From positions 15,654 to 79,653 of the forward strand of contig JAPOXO010000031.1 of NCBI GenBank assembly GCA_026707045.1: a stretch of 64,000 nt of DNA, given 5' to 3'. Position numbers and translations under genes: made by a program. Each line of letters opens with the position of its first letter. Positions within the stretch are counted from its first letter, which is position 1. Below the pieces are notes generated by a model. That model did not search any database and was not told where the DNA came from. It worked only from the letters and a program-made list of their open reading frames with translations. Of the stretch, positions 26,788 through 36,251 are shown piece after piece. This DNA is from Gammaproteobacteria bacterium. Lineage in GTDB: Bacteria; Pseudomonadota; Gammaproteobacteria; Pseudomonadales; Azotimanducaceae.

Positions 26788-27321
26788 CTAGTTCTTGTTT
26801 TGGTCGCTTTTCTGTTTTGGTTTAGGGTATATCCGCCGGAAACTGGAGAATTCACTTTCTCCTCTCGAATAAGTGAGGACGATGACGTACGGTAGCCGTC
26901 CAGTTTCTTCGGGCACCACACTATCAACCGGCGGTAGGGGCTCATTCTTACTCTCGCAACGATAAAAATTGCTGTACGAGTCTCTTGAGTCACCGTGTAA
27001 ATAGCTGTCCCAATTGCCATCTGCTTCTTCACATTCCTGAACAGCTAGCTCATACTGCTCTAGCGCTTTCTGTTTTGCTATGTCAGACTGCTCTGCGCGA
27101 TTGACTTTCCCCCTTTCGAATTTCGGAGGAAACACAAACTCGAATTCGTCGTTCCCGTATAGCTCCGGATAAACCAATTGCCGTTCGGGCAGGGACGCGC
27201 AGGATGTCAGTAGCAACGTGGCAGCTATAAGAGCAAGACTTGAGAGTGTGTTCACTGGAGCGCCTATTCGGTATGGCGCAATTAGCTCAGATCGTTGTTT
27301 TGGTGATTGAATTTCGGTCAT
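26788..27321 (-). CDS. small lipoprotein, paralogue family member (unknown function)
   Basis: Lipobox LLLTSC. It shares the blocks YRIGA, QLxYPEL, QEC..G.W, RC, LPY and FxRIYP with 27646-28161 and 45608-46063. Confidence 0.6.
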   Translation of the reverse strand: MTEIQSPKQRSELIAPYRIGAPVNTLSSLALIAATLLLTSCASLPERQLVYPELYGNDEFEFVFPPKFERGKVNRAEQSDIAKQKALEQYELAVQECEEADGNWDSYLHGDSRDSYSNFYRCESKNEPLPPVDSVVPEETGRLPYVIVLTYSRGESEFSSFRRIYPKPKQKSDQNKN

Positions 27322-27645
27322 ATCACATTGAAAGTTAGACGTGACATTGATTTGGAATCACACGCTTAAACAATACATTAGTTTATGTTAGTGCCGTCCT
27401 TTGTGACGGTAACTAACCGGATGCCTTCAGTTCCGATTCGCATCTCTGCATTAGGTTTGTAGCGGGATCATCTTGACTGAACTGGTGAATTCAAAACAAT
27501 TTTGCGAGCAATCAGATGGTTGTTCAATACAGATCGAATTTTCTTAAACCTGCGGGACCGATCCAGTTCCGAAGTCTATTCAAGGCGCACACGAAAACCA
27601 GCAACGAACGAGTGCTCTCGCTCTATTGAGTGAATACATAAATCT

Positions 27646-28161
27646 CTAGTTCCTTTCCTGAATATCGTGTTGATTTTGGTCCGAATTTGGGTAAATTCGA
27701 GAAAAGTTCACTACCCGTTGGGTCTTGCGAATGAAATCGACAGCTAAGTTGTAAGGTAACAATGAGCTCCGCTTCGATGATTGCTCGCAATCTGACATAG
27801 AGGGTGGGTCGCAATTTCTGCAATGATAGGTCCAGCGATCTGTGAGCGTTGAATGAGAGTGCGCCACTAACACCCATTTGCCACTTTCGTCCGCACACTC
27901 TTGCTTGGCTGTCTTGTACTGTTCTGCGTATTGTCCTAAGGACTCCAGCAGCATTTCACCTGTCTTGAGATCCTCAGGGTATTCAAGACTCAATTTCGGA
28001 GGAAACTCCCACTCAAAATCGACATTCTCCTCTAGTTCGGGATAGTTCAATTGCTTATCGGAAAAGGTAGCGCAAGACGTCAATATCAGTGCGACAGATA
28101 GTAGAACTAGCCCTGCGAGAATATTCATCGCTGCACCAATTCTGTAAAGCACAATAAGCAC
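27646..28161 (-). CDS. small lipoprotein, paralogue family member
   Basis: Lipobox LILTSC. The blocks AKQECADESGKW, LLPY and FSRIYP are shared with the other two copies. Confidence 0.6.
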   Translation of the reverse strand: MLIVLYRIGAAMNILAGLVLLSVALILTSCATFSDKQLNYPELEENVDFEWEFPPKLSLEYPEDLKTGEMLLESLGQYAEQYKTAKQECADESGKWVLVAHSHSTLTDRWTYHCRNCDPPSMSDCEQSSKRSSLLPYNLAVDFIRKTQRVVNFSRIYPNSDQNQHDIQERN

Positions 28162-28461
28162 TGCTTAACTTCTCTAAAGATCGAAGTTCGTTGGTTTCTC
28201 ACAGAAAATACTCGACGAGAATTGCACTCTTATTGATAGCTTGAGCGACTAAACCACTTTATGCCAACTCTTCAAAAAATTTTCTGTGTTCTCTGAAGAG
28301 CATTTTCAACTTATACAAGCGATCTTATGGTAATTTGAACACATACAAACAAGCATCTTTGAAAGTCCGCCTTGGTCAAGATTCTCCAAACGCAAAGATG
28401 GTCGACCTAGCGGGGAGATGGTTATGCTCGAGTCGATCCCTCTCCTTGCTCAGACTTCCAT

Positions 28462-29379
28462 TTAAGCTGCAAGTGCTAATTTTCCATCGTTTCCCTTAAG
28501 TTTCAGCATCGCGGAGATACAAGCCTCCGGCTGCTCAAGCTGTAGGAAATGCGTCGTATCAGGAACGAAGTCATAGTCAAGAGCTAGGATTTCCCCCAAG
28601 TCTACAGTAGGCATGTATGAATGAAGCATGACTGGATCACTACCGATCACTTTGACCGGGCAAGACAGCGCTTCTACATCAACCGAACTCGCAAAACGAC
28701 AGCCCTGTTCGCCAATCCGTGCTTCGTACTCGGGCGGACACCTTAGTACAAACGTTGAACCATCTCCTGCTGGACGCGTCGTAGTTTGGGCGATGAGATT
28801 GACGACTCCTGGTCGTAGCAGGTCGAATGCAGGTGCCTTTAGCATACGTTCAGCAAAGGACTCTAGTGACTCAAATGTTGAACGTCGTCGTCGAGCCGCT
28901 TCCACAAGGCTGCGCATCGTCTTCATAAGCCGATTCTTGTGGTCTGGGTCGCAACCCCGGGGACATATAAAAGGATCAAATAGCACTAGTCCGTCAAACG
29001 AACTAGTGCCGGAGCAAGCTTCGAGCATGGCTGTCTGCGCCGACATGGAGTGGAACACTCCGAAGATTTGTTTAGGGCCGAAAAAGTGCTTTATGTGGTC
29101 CGCCACTTGCGAAATATCGGACACGAATGTTTGGATGGTATGCGATTCCAAACGGCCGACGGCGTTCCATCCGTGATTGCGGAAGTCGAATACCACAAGA
29201 TCGAATCTTTCTGTAAGCAACGACCAAAACGGATAGTAGCAATCAACCGCTAATCCATTGGCATGGCTGAGCACAATTCGCATGCCATCAGGATTTCCGT
29301 AGCGACGGAGGAGAATGGCTGTGCCATCATCCATCACAGCCTCACAAATAGCCAGTGGTTCCGGAACCTTCCACTTCAC
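28462..29379 (-). CDS. alpha/beta-fold hydrolase
   Basis: 305 aa with a nucleophile-elbow-like FHSMSA and an oxyanion-region VLSHANG. It lies 27 nt downstream of the decarboxylase gene. Confidence 0.6.
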   Translation of the reverse strand: MKWKVPEPLAICEAVMDDGTAILLRRYGNPDGMRIVLSHANGLAVDCYYPFWSLLTERFDLVVFDFRNHGWNAVGRLESHTIQTFVSDISQVADHIKHFFGPKQIFGVFHSMSAQTAMLEACSGTSSFDGLVLFDPFICPRGCDPDHKNRLMKTMRSLVEAARRRRSTFESLESFAERMLKAPAFDLLRPGVVNLIAQTTTRPAGDGSTFVLRCPPEYEARIGEQGCRFASSVDVEALSCPVKVIGSDPVMLHSYMPTVDLGEILALDYDFVPDTTHFLQLEQPEACISAMLKLKGNDGKLALAA

Positions 29380-29406
29380 GGCAGTCGCCTTGCTATGCGA
29401 TCTTAC

Positions 29407-30840
29407 TTAGGACTCCGCTAAGGCTTTTCGACCGAACTGGGTCACTAGTTCAAGCGTTCTGCGTACGTCCTCCCAGGTTGTCGGGTGATTCAAGATACAC
29501 ATTCGCAACGAGAATACTCCCTTCAGGGAAGTCGATGAAAAGAACGACAATTCATTCCAGAAGATGCGAACCAAGACCTCTCTGTTGATTTTCTCCAAGA
29601 AGGATTCGTCGTATCTTCCTCCCTTTGGTTTGACCCGGAAACACAACACGCTCAGTTCAACAGGTGCCATCAACTCCAGAATCTCGCTAGTTTGAACGTA
29701 GTCTTCGGCGCGACGCGCCAAATCCAATCCTTGTTGAACAGCAGATCGGAACTTACTCATTCCAAATGTCTGAACAGACATCCAAATCTTAAGCGCGCGG
29801 GCTGCCCGACTCAATTGCAAGCCTCGATCCGCAAAGTTAGGGTGGTTTGCACCCCAAACGGTGTCCTGAAGTACATCGTGCCCCATAGCAAATACGTTTT
29901 CGAGGTGTTGCAGGTCTTTCACCATTAGCGCACCCGACTCGTATGGTTGGAAAAACCACTTGTGGGCATCCAATCCGATGGAATCCGCGAGCTGGATACC
30001 TTCGAGATGTTGCTTGCCTTCGTTCGTTATAAGGGCAAACCCTCCATAAGCGGCGTCCACGTGTAGCCAAATACTTTCCGTCGTGCAATAGTCGCTCAAT
30101 GCTTTCAGTGGATCGATAGATCCAGTGCTGGAACTCCCTGCATTTGCGCATACTGCGATCGGATGGAGACCAGTCGCTCTATCTTTGGCAACCTGTTCGC
30201 TCAATTTCGTCACATCCATTCGAAAATCGTCGTCTGACGGCACTAGTCGAATATGCTCGCGGCGTACGCCCGCTACCAATGCGGCACGTTTCAATGCGCT
30301 GTGACTCTGGTCACTCATGTAAACGACGGGATTATTAGGATGTCCCATAGCCTCGCGAGCCGCTGCCAGAGCTTCAACGCTCGCAGCTGAACCGCCGCTA
30401 GTCAACAGACCCCCCGCGGTCTCCGGGTAGCCAATCCATCCACGCAGCCAGTCCACAACGGTGAGTTCCAACTGGCTGGTTCCACTCGAGACAAGCCAAG
30501 TGCACGAATTGATGTTGAAGCCAGAAGCGAGAAAGTCCGCTATGATCCCCGGCCAAGTCGGAGACGAGGGCACAAAGCCGAAGAAACGGGGATGATCGAG
30601 TCGGGCTGCGTTTGGAAGTACTTTGTTTAGTACTAGCTCTAAGACTTTGTCTGCGGGTTGGCCTGTTTCAGGAGGTTGGCCGCCGAGTTGTTGCCCAAGT
30701 ACTTGGTGAAATTCTCCGTCCCAGGCATTAGCGTTGTCCAACCCAGAGATTCGGTCAACCAAGGCTTCTGTTGCCTTGGTAGCCAAATGCCGCATCTCCT
30801 GCGGCGTCATTGTTAAGCCACTTTCTTTGTCATCTTGCAT
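29407..30840 (-). CDS. pyridoxal-dependent (group II, aromatic-L-amino-acid/glutamate type) decarboxylase
   Basis: 477 aa. The PLP-lysine motif is LDAHKWFFQPYESG, and SGGSAASVEAL and HVDAAYGG blocks are present. Confidence 0.85.
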   Translation of the reverse strand: MQDDKESGLTMTPQEMRHLATKATEALVDRISGLDNANAWDGEFHQVLGQQLGGQPPETGQPADKVLELVLNKVLPNAARLDHPRFFGFVPSSPTWPGIIADFLASGFNINSCTWLVSSGTSQLELTVVDWLRGWIGYPETAGGLLTSGGSAASVEALAAAREAMGHPNNPVVYMSDQSHSALKRAALVAGVRREHIRLVPSDDDFRMDVTKLSEQVAKDRATGLHPIAVCANAGSSSTGSIDPLKALSDYCTTESIWLHVDAAYGGFALITNEGKQHLEGIQLADSIGLDAHKWFFQPYESGALMVKDLQHLENVFAMGHDVLQDTVWGANHPNFADRGLQLSRAARALKIWMSVQTFGMSKFRSAVQQGLDLARRAEDYVQTSEILELMAPVELSVLCFRVKPKGGRYDESFLEKINREVLVRIFWNELSFFSSTSLKGVFSLRMCILNHPTTWEDVRRTLELVTQFGRKALAES

Positions 30841-31306
30841 CTAATTCACGCCCAATTCTGCGTTTTATTCAGCCATATTCATGTCTATGGGTCAATCAAA
30901 CCATTAGCTCGCTGCGACTCTTGATTGCCTATTCGTTGTTTTTCTTTAATTCTTCGCGACTCCATTTCCACCAAGTGGAGGAGCTGTGTTGAGTGCGATC
31001 CCCTTTTACAAGTATATTGCTAGATCCTTGGTCGTTTTCGCTGCGGCTATCAACTAAGTGGAAAGTGCCTAGCGATTTCAGTCGTTCAATGATTGTTCAA
31101 CATTTGCGCAATTGATTAGTCGCGATTCCATTGTTCCTCTCTGACTCGACGTGATTCCGTAGCGACTGTCAAAGGTCCATTTCAACTAATGCATTCCAGG
31201 TCCTTTCGCACTGCCCCTTTGCTCGAAAACCAACAAATGAACGCAACGAAAGAAAGGAGATTCTGGCCTTTTGACCTGTACCTTAACGTTTGAAACAGGT
31301 GATGGT

Positions 31307-31583
31307 ATGACCAAACTCAAGGACTTGTAAGAACATTTGATGCAAGACCCGGAGTTTCGTGACGGGTATGGGAGGATTGAGGAGGAGTATCGAGGCATTG
31401 ATTTGTGCTCGAGCGAAAGTGAAACTGACGCAAGCAGAACTTGCCGAACGTCTTGGTACCACTCAGTCTACAGTCGCACGGATGGAAGGTGGTCGAATTT
31501 AGCTGACATTCAATACCGTTTGAAGATATGCAGAAGCAACCGGAACGCGATGAAAGATAGCTTTAGTACCTGTTGATGTATGA
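31307..31583 (+). pseudogene. decayed XRE-family antitoxin gene (partner type of RelE/Gp49-like toxins)
   Basis: The reading is MTKLKDL(TAA)EHLMQDPEFRDGYGRIEEEYR, then a frame change to LICARAKVKLTQAELAERLGTTQSTVARMEGGRI(TAG)LTFNTV(TGA)RYAEATGTR(TGA)KIALVPV. That is four in-frame stops plus one frameshift. Confidence 0.6.
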
Positions 31584-31717
31584 ACGACTGATTGCGTTTG
31601 TGTACTTTCAAATCCGGGATAGCACAATTTGTGGAAACTCCGTGCCAAGTGAATCGTGGGAAGATCGCACTTTCTAGGTCGATACTGAAGAATTCGTTTG
31701 GGTGTCTGTTCTTCGCG

Positions 31718-32536
31718 TCACTCTTCCTTGGGCGGGTCGGTCGTGTATGCGTTTTTTCGAAACTCCCACTCACGCACAATTTCTAGCAAATCGGTGTCGT
31801 TTGCAATTGATGGAGGAAATGGCGCAAAAGGTGCAGCAAGCTTGACAATTTCCACAGCCGCCTCGTCTAGAACTTCGTGGCCGGACGACTCTAACACCCG
31901 AGTCTCGACCAACGATCCATCCGGCGCGATCGATACGTACAGACTCAGCTTACCGTACAGCTTCTGCTCAACTGCTTCACTTGGATAGTTGAGTTGGCCC
32001 ACTCGACGTACCTTCCTCAGCCAAGATCGGAGATAGAAAGTTTCCTCGATGGAAGAAGTTCCTTCACCTGCAAGTCGCCGAATCCGTTTTTTGTCCTCCT
32101 CTTCGGCTTTAGCTGCAGCCATATCGGCGATGGACTGCACAATGTCCTGTGCGGACAGTTGATCCAGTGGGCTTGAATCAGGCGATTCTTCTGTATGATT
32201 CAATAGTGGTTCTTCTTCGTCGGATTCTTGCGTCATTCCTGGCAATACAGAAGTGAAGATGTCGTTGATTTCCCATATAACGTTGGAATCATCCTCGATC
32301 ACTTCTGTAACCGACTGAACCGGCTCTTCGACTGGGTGATCCGTCAGAGATTGGTCAATGACCGCTTCTTTAACCCTGGGTTGTTCCACCGGTTTGACCA
32401 GTCGCATGTTGAGTACGATTGGATCTCGTGGAATAGGCGCAAAGTCAATCTTAACAAGCAGTAGAAGTGCCACGTGAAGCGTTAACGAAACGCCTAGAGC
32501 AATCCAAAGGGGACGACTGTTTGTGAGGGTTTCCAC
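31718..32536 (-). CDS. tonB: energy transducer TonB family protein
   Basis: N-terminal TM anchor, an acidic/Pro-containing linker and a C-terminal TonB domain (LNYPSEAVEQKLYGKLSLYVSIAPDGSLVETRVLESSGHEVLDEAAVEIV). Confidence 0.8.
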   Translation of the reverse strand: METLTNSRPLWIALGVSLTLHVALLLLVKIDFAPIPRDPIVLNMRLVKPVEQPRVKEAVIDQSLTDHPVEEPVQSVTEVIEDDSNVIWEINDIFTSVLPGMTQESDEEEPLLNHTEESPDSSPLDQLSAQDIVQSIADMAAAKAEEEDKKRIRRLAGEGTSSIEETFYLRSWLRKVRRVGQLNYPSEAVEQKLYGKLSLYVSIAPDGSLVETRVLESSGHEVLDEAAVEIVKLAAPFAPFPPSIANDTDLLEIVREWEFRKNAYTTDPPKEE

Positions 32537-32723
32537 TTAAACTCGGGCACTCCTTTGCTTTGAGCTCACCTTGAGGAATAGACGAAACTAGTCTGGGACT
32601 GAGTTATCACTAGTAACAAATCCTCGATCATACCAATGGTATTAGGTTAGCGTTCAGGCCGCAAGTTCAGTCTGTAAAGGACCTGCTAGATTTGCTGAGA
32701 ATTCAGCAATTGACTGAGCGAGT

Positions 32724-33701
32724 CTAAATTCGTTTGCTGACTGCATCCATAAGAGTGCCAGCAATGTCCAGACCGCACATGTGGTCTATTTCACGTATGC
32801 AAGTCGGACAGGTCACATTGACTTCCGTCAAGTAGTCTCCAATGACGTCGATTCCGACGAACAACAAGCCGCGTTCTACAAAATCGAGTCCTAGCTCTCT
32901 TGCTATGGCATTCTCGTGCTCGGACAGAGCTCTGACTTCTCCACGTGCTCCTGCAGCAAGGTTTCCACGCGTTTCTCCTTGCTTGGGAATACGGGCAAGC
33001 AGGTATGGAATAGGTTCTCCATCCACAATCAAAATTCGCTTGTCCCCCTCAGCTATTTCCGGCACAAATTTCTGTGCCATGATCGGATTGGATTCGTTGC
33101 CAGTGAGCGTTTCGATCACTACATTTAGGTTGGGGTCGTCTTCCCGCATTCGAAAAATGCTTGTTCCACCCATTCCATCTAGTTTCTTATAGACGACATC
33201 TCGGTGCTCGTTGTGGAAGTCTGTCAAGACTTCAGTGCGCTGCGAAACCACCATTGGGGGTGCCAGATCAGAGAATTCAGTGGTGTAGTACTTCTCATTG
33301 CAATCTCTCAGGCCTTGCGGATCATTAACTACTAGAACACCATCCTGCTGCGCTTGGCTCAGCATGTATGTGGTGTAGATATAGTTCATGTCGAATGGCG
33401 GGTCCTTTCGCATGAAAATGGCATCGAAGGACGAGAGGTCTCGGAATACTTCCTTCTCAACTCGATACCAGAATTCTCCTTCCTTCAGCGAATCGGGATC
33501 CCTAGATTCAGCGAACGCTTCATTTAAGATCACTCTTTCAGCAAAGGCGGATGCTTTTCCGTCTCGCCAACAAAGGTCCCTCAAGCATATGGAATGGACC
33601 TCCCAATCACGCCTTTGCGCCGCAGCCATCATCGCAATTGTGGAGTCTTTCTTGACGTTGAGTGTGTCGAGCGGGTCGATTACAAATGCGACTTTTGACA
33701 T
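32724..33701 (-). CDS. gshB: glutathione synthetase
   Basis: 325 aa with the N-terminus MSKVAFVIDPLDTLNVKKDSTIAMM. The ATP-grasp C-terminal half contains GETRGNLAAGA. Confidence 0.9.
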   Translation of the reverse strand: MSKVAFVIDPLDTLNVKKDSTIAMMAAAQRRDWEVHSICLRDLCWRDGKASAFAERVILNEAFAESRDPDSLKEGEFWYRVEKEVFRDLSSFDAIFMRKDPPFDMNYIYTTYMLSQAQQDGVLVVNDPQGLRDCNEKYYTTEFSDLAPPMVVSQRTEVLTDFHNEHRDVVYKKLDGMGGTSIFRMREDDPNLNVVIETLTGNESNPIMAQKFVPEIAEGDKRILIVDGEPIPYLLARIPKQGETRGNLAAGARGEVRALSEHENAIARELGLDFVERGLLFVGIDVIGDYLTEVNVTCPTCIREIDHMCGLDIAGTLMDAVSKRI

Positions 33702-33755
33702 TCGGCGATTATAGAAATGGCATCTCTAAAATGACGCGTCTAGAGGGAGATTTCA

Positions 33756-35237
33756 ATGGATTTTGTAATGAACCAGTTCGTGGGTGTGAGAAGAGCACTA
33801 TTTTGGGTGGTTTGTGGATTTCTCCTACTTGGATCGAATGCCAGCTATGTGGCTGAAGAATCGACCGTTGAAGAAGACGGAGAGTTTGAATTCCAGAACA
33901 ACTGCGACATTACATCCGGTTCAAGCGAAGAATTAATTGTTCTCGGCAAACTCGTGCTCCGCACAGACTACGTCGACCACGGGGTGCTACATATCTCCAA
34001 AGGACGTATTGTTGGGATGGGCCTCGACGATTTCGCCAAACAGATTAGGGAAACAGCTCCCGATGCGACGGTTATAGATTGTGAGGACGCCTTTGTCTCG
34101 CCGGGACTCGTCAATCCCCACGAACATCTCAGGCATAGTGGGGGCATCCCCGATCCCAAGACAGAGCCTATTTACGATCATCGTGACGAATGGCGAGGGG
34201 TATTCGGCGAGAAGTATGCGCTTGAATTCGAACCGGTAGAAGGAATTGCGAGAGATATTTGGGTCGAACTCAGGCACCTATTGTCGGGAACCACAACCCT
34301 AGGCGCGTCAGGCGGCGTAACTGGGTTGGTCAAAAACGCAACCACACAGGAAACGTCAGACGGTTACCTCATCGACTTCGAGATTTTTCCCTATGGGTGG
34401 GTCTCCAAATTTCACGACATGGACTGTCCGCAGGAACTTGAAGACGTTAATCCGAGATTTTCTGAGGCGGAAGAACTGATAGGTCAGCCTTATCTAGCTC
34501 ACGTTGCAGAGGGAACAAATTGCGCGGCAGCGTTGGAAGGACAGGCATTTCTTGATTTTGTTGCGGCTAACCCAGGGCGTCGCTACTCGTTGCTGCATGG
34601 GGTTGGACTAAGTCCGGAAAGTATTGCCAGACTTGATGACTTGGATGTCACCTTGGTTTGGTCACCGAGGTCCAATGTCGCCCTCTACGATACGACAGCT
34701 AAGGTAATTGAAGTAATGGCGACCGGCGCACGTGTCGCTTTGGGATCAGATTGGTCTTACTCAGGGTCCTACAACATGCTGGAAGAGATTCAGTGTGCCG
34801 ACCGTGTGGATAACCTTCAATGGGAGGACCAGCTCTCGGGCACGGACTATTGGGTCATGTCCACCTCGGCAGGAGCTTATTCACTCGGGCTGGAGAATGA
34901 AATTGGAAGGCTAAATTTCGGGATGGCCGGTGATATCGTCATATTTCAGAACCTGTCGGGGGATTTCTTTCAGGATCTATTGGACTACGAAGTATCGAAT
35001 GTAATCGCTACGATCATCGATGGTTCAATTCGGAGTGGGAATCGGTTGTTCTTCGATACAGATCAGCTTCCTGCTCAATGCCAGAACTACATTGACAATC
35101 ACTTTGTATGCGTAGATTGGTCGAGTTACGAGGGAGATGAGCTCACAACCGAAGGAATAGTAGAAGAAAACCGACAGTACGAAAAAGCGGTCCCACTTTT
35201 TGAACCAAAGTTTCAGGCTCCATGCCTGGACGATTAG
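33756..35237 (+). CDS. secreted amidohydrolase-family metallo-hydrolase
   Basis: Signal peptide. The metal-binding HxH motif is PGLVNPHEHL, and a later GSDW block is present. Confidence 0.7.
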   Translation: MDFVMNQFVGVRRALFWVVCGFLLLGSNASYVAEESTVEEDGEFEFQNNCDITSGSSEELIVLGKLVLRTDYVDHGVLHISKGRIVGMGLDDFAKQIRETAPDATVIDCEDAFVSPGLVNPHEHLRHSGGIPDPKTEPIYDHRDEWRGVFGEKYALEFEPVEGIARDIWVELRHLLSGTTTLGASGGVTGLVKNATTQETSDGYLIDFEIFPYGWVSKFHDMDCPQELEDVNPRFSEAEELIGQPYLAHVAEGTNCAAALEGQAFLDFVAANPGRRYSLLHGVGLSPESIARLDDLDVTLVWSPRSNVALYDTTAKVIEVMATGARVALGSDWSYSGSYNMLEEIQCADRVDNLQWEDQLSGTDYWVMSTSAGAYSLGLENEIGRLNFGMAGDIVIFQNLSGDFFQDLLDYEVSNVIATIIDGSIRSGNRLFFDTDQLPAQCQNYIDNHFVCVDWSSYEGDELTTEGIVEENRQYEKAVPLFEPKFQAPCLDD

Positions 35238-35376
35238 TCTGTTAGTGCGACGAGAGGGAAGGTTGCTGGTGACTAGTGGTTCTCAGTCGGAGTTAGACTT
35301 TAGCAGCCATCTTGGAGCGAGGCTAAGGCCGGTAGACTTTGGCCCAAATATTCGCTTCTCATGTTGGTTCTACAAA

Positions 35377-35967
35377 CTAATTGTGCTCGCCATCTGACTT
35401 GCGGCCCTTCGCACCGTGTTCACCACCTGATTCGGGAACTTTACGGCCGTGTTCCCCGGCGCTGCCGTGCTCTCTGTCACCGTGCGAGCCTGAATGTTCA
35501 CCGGCTCCAGCTCCTCCTATTTCTGGATGAGCACCCCAGGTCTTAAATTTCTGGCCCGAAGCAGCAAGCATCACTTCCATCGATTCCTTGGGCTCAAGAT
35601 CCTTTGGTGTCGTCGGCCCCAATTCCGTACCATTCGAAAGATGTACTTCTACGCGAACTCTGCGAAGGGTTTTTTCTGTGGTATTCGAGACTTTGCCCAT
35701 GAACGCTTCTTTCTTCGGTTCATACTTCAAAACGAGTCGAGCGCCTCGTCTAATTTCGTCGTAGGTTTCGTCGAGCATGTATTGGGCTCCCGACTCTTCT
35801 CCTCCGTCCTCGGCGGAGTCTTTCATCTTGAATTTCGTCATCTGAGCATCATGGGTCACTCTTGTCTTCATCTCAGCTTCCTCGTCCGCACTGAGCGCAG
35901 TTGTTCCAAAAGCTAGTATTAACGCTGCGACGATGGTCCAGGCAGTCGTAGAAAATTTGATCTGCAT
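35377..35967 (-). CDS. secreted protein with His-rich GEH-repeat tail (hypothetical)
   Basis: Signal peptide ending TALSA. The C-terminal 45 aa contain GEH/EHG five times (GEHSGSHGDREHGSAGEHG...GGEHG...DGEHN). Confidence 0.5.
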   Translation of the reverse strand: MQIKFSTTAWTIVAALILAFGTTALSADEEAEMKTRVTHDAQMTKFKMKDSAEDGGEESGAQYMLDETYDEIRRGARLVLKYEPKKEAFMGKVSNTTEKTLRRVRVEVHLSNGTELGPTTPKDLEPKESMEVMLAASGQKFKTWGAHPEIGGAGAGEHSGSHGDREHGSAGEHGRKVPESGGEHGAKGRKSDGEHN

Positions 35968-36251
35968 ATAGTTTCCTCTTTTCTTGTTTTTCTACACGAA
36001 GAGCAATAATCCTAACGCTTGAACCAATTGGCAGGTGAACACACTTGCCGGTTGAGCATTGATCCGCCTAGGCCGCGTTAGGATTGCTCGATTAGACAAA
36101 GTTACGGTTTGAAGTTCCTCGGAATATCCTCTAACCAGCCCTAATGCAACGCACAATGTCGGTGTTCTTTGGATCGTGGCCATAATCTTTTTGAAGGTTA
36201 CGCCTGTCTGTACGGCGAAACCACAAGACTAGATCAACGGAGCTAGCCGCA

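Larger units (their letters stand above)
3191..31717. other. accessory insertion splitting the conserved gshB-tonB / yqgE-ruvX neighbourhood
   Basis: yqgE (start 3190) and tonB-gshB (tonB stop 31718) are normally adjacent in gammaproteobacteria. Here 28.5 kb of TA modules, paralogue arrays, exoproteins and a decayed antitoxin separate them. No integrase, tRNA or direct repeats were recognised. Confidence 0.5.

Noticed and set aside
27396-27430. Interrupted 11-bp hairpin (GTTAGTgCCGTC-cttTGT-GACGGtaACTAAC) between the two lipoprotein genes
   Set aside because: It lies about 220 nt downstream of the nearest stop codon and has no U-tract. There is not enough evidence to call it a terminator or a regulatory RNA.
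31141-31306. Possible remnant of the RelE/Gp49-like toxin upstream of the decayed antitoxin
   Set aside because: No frame gives a recognisable toxin motif. A faint ERR...D.YL resemblance is not convincing.
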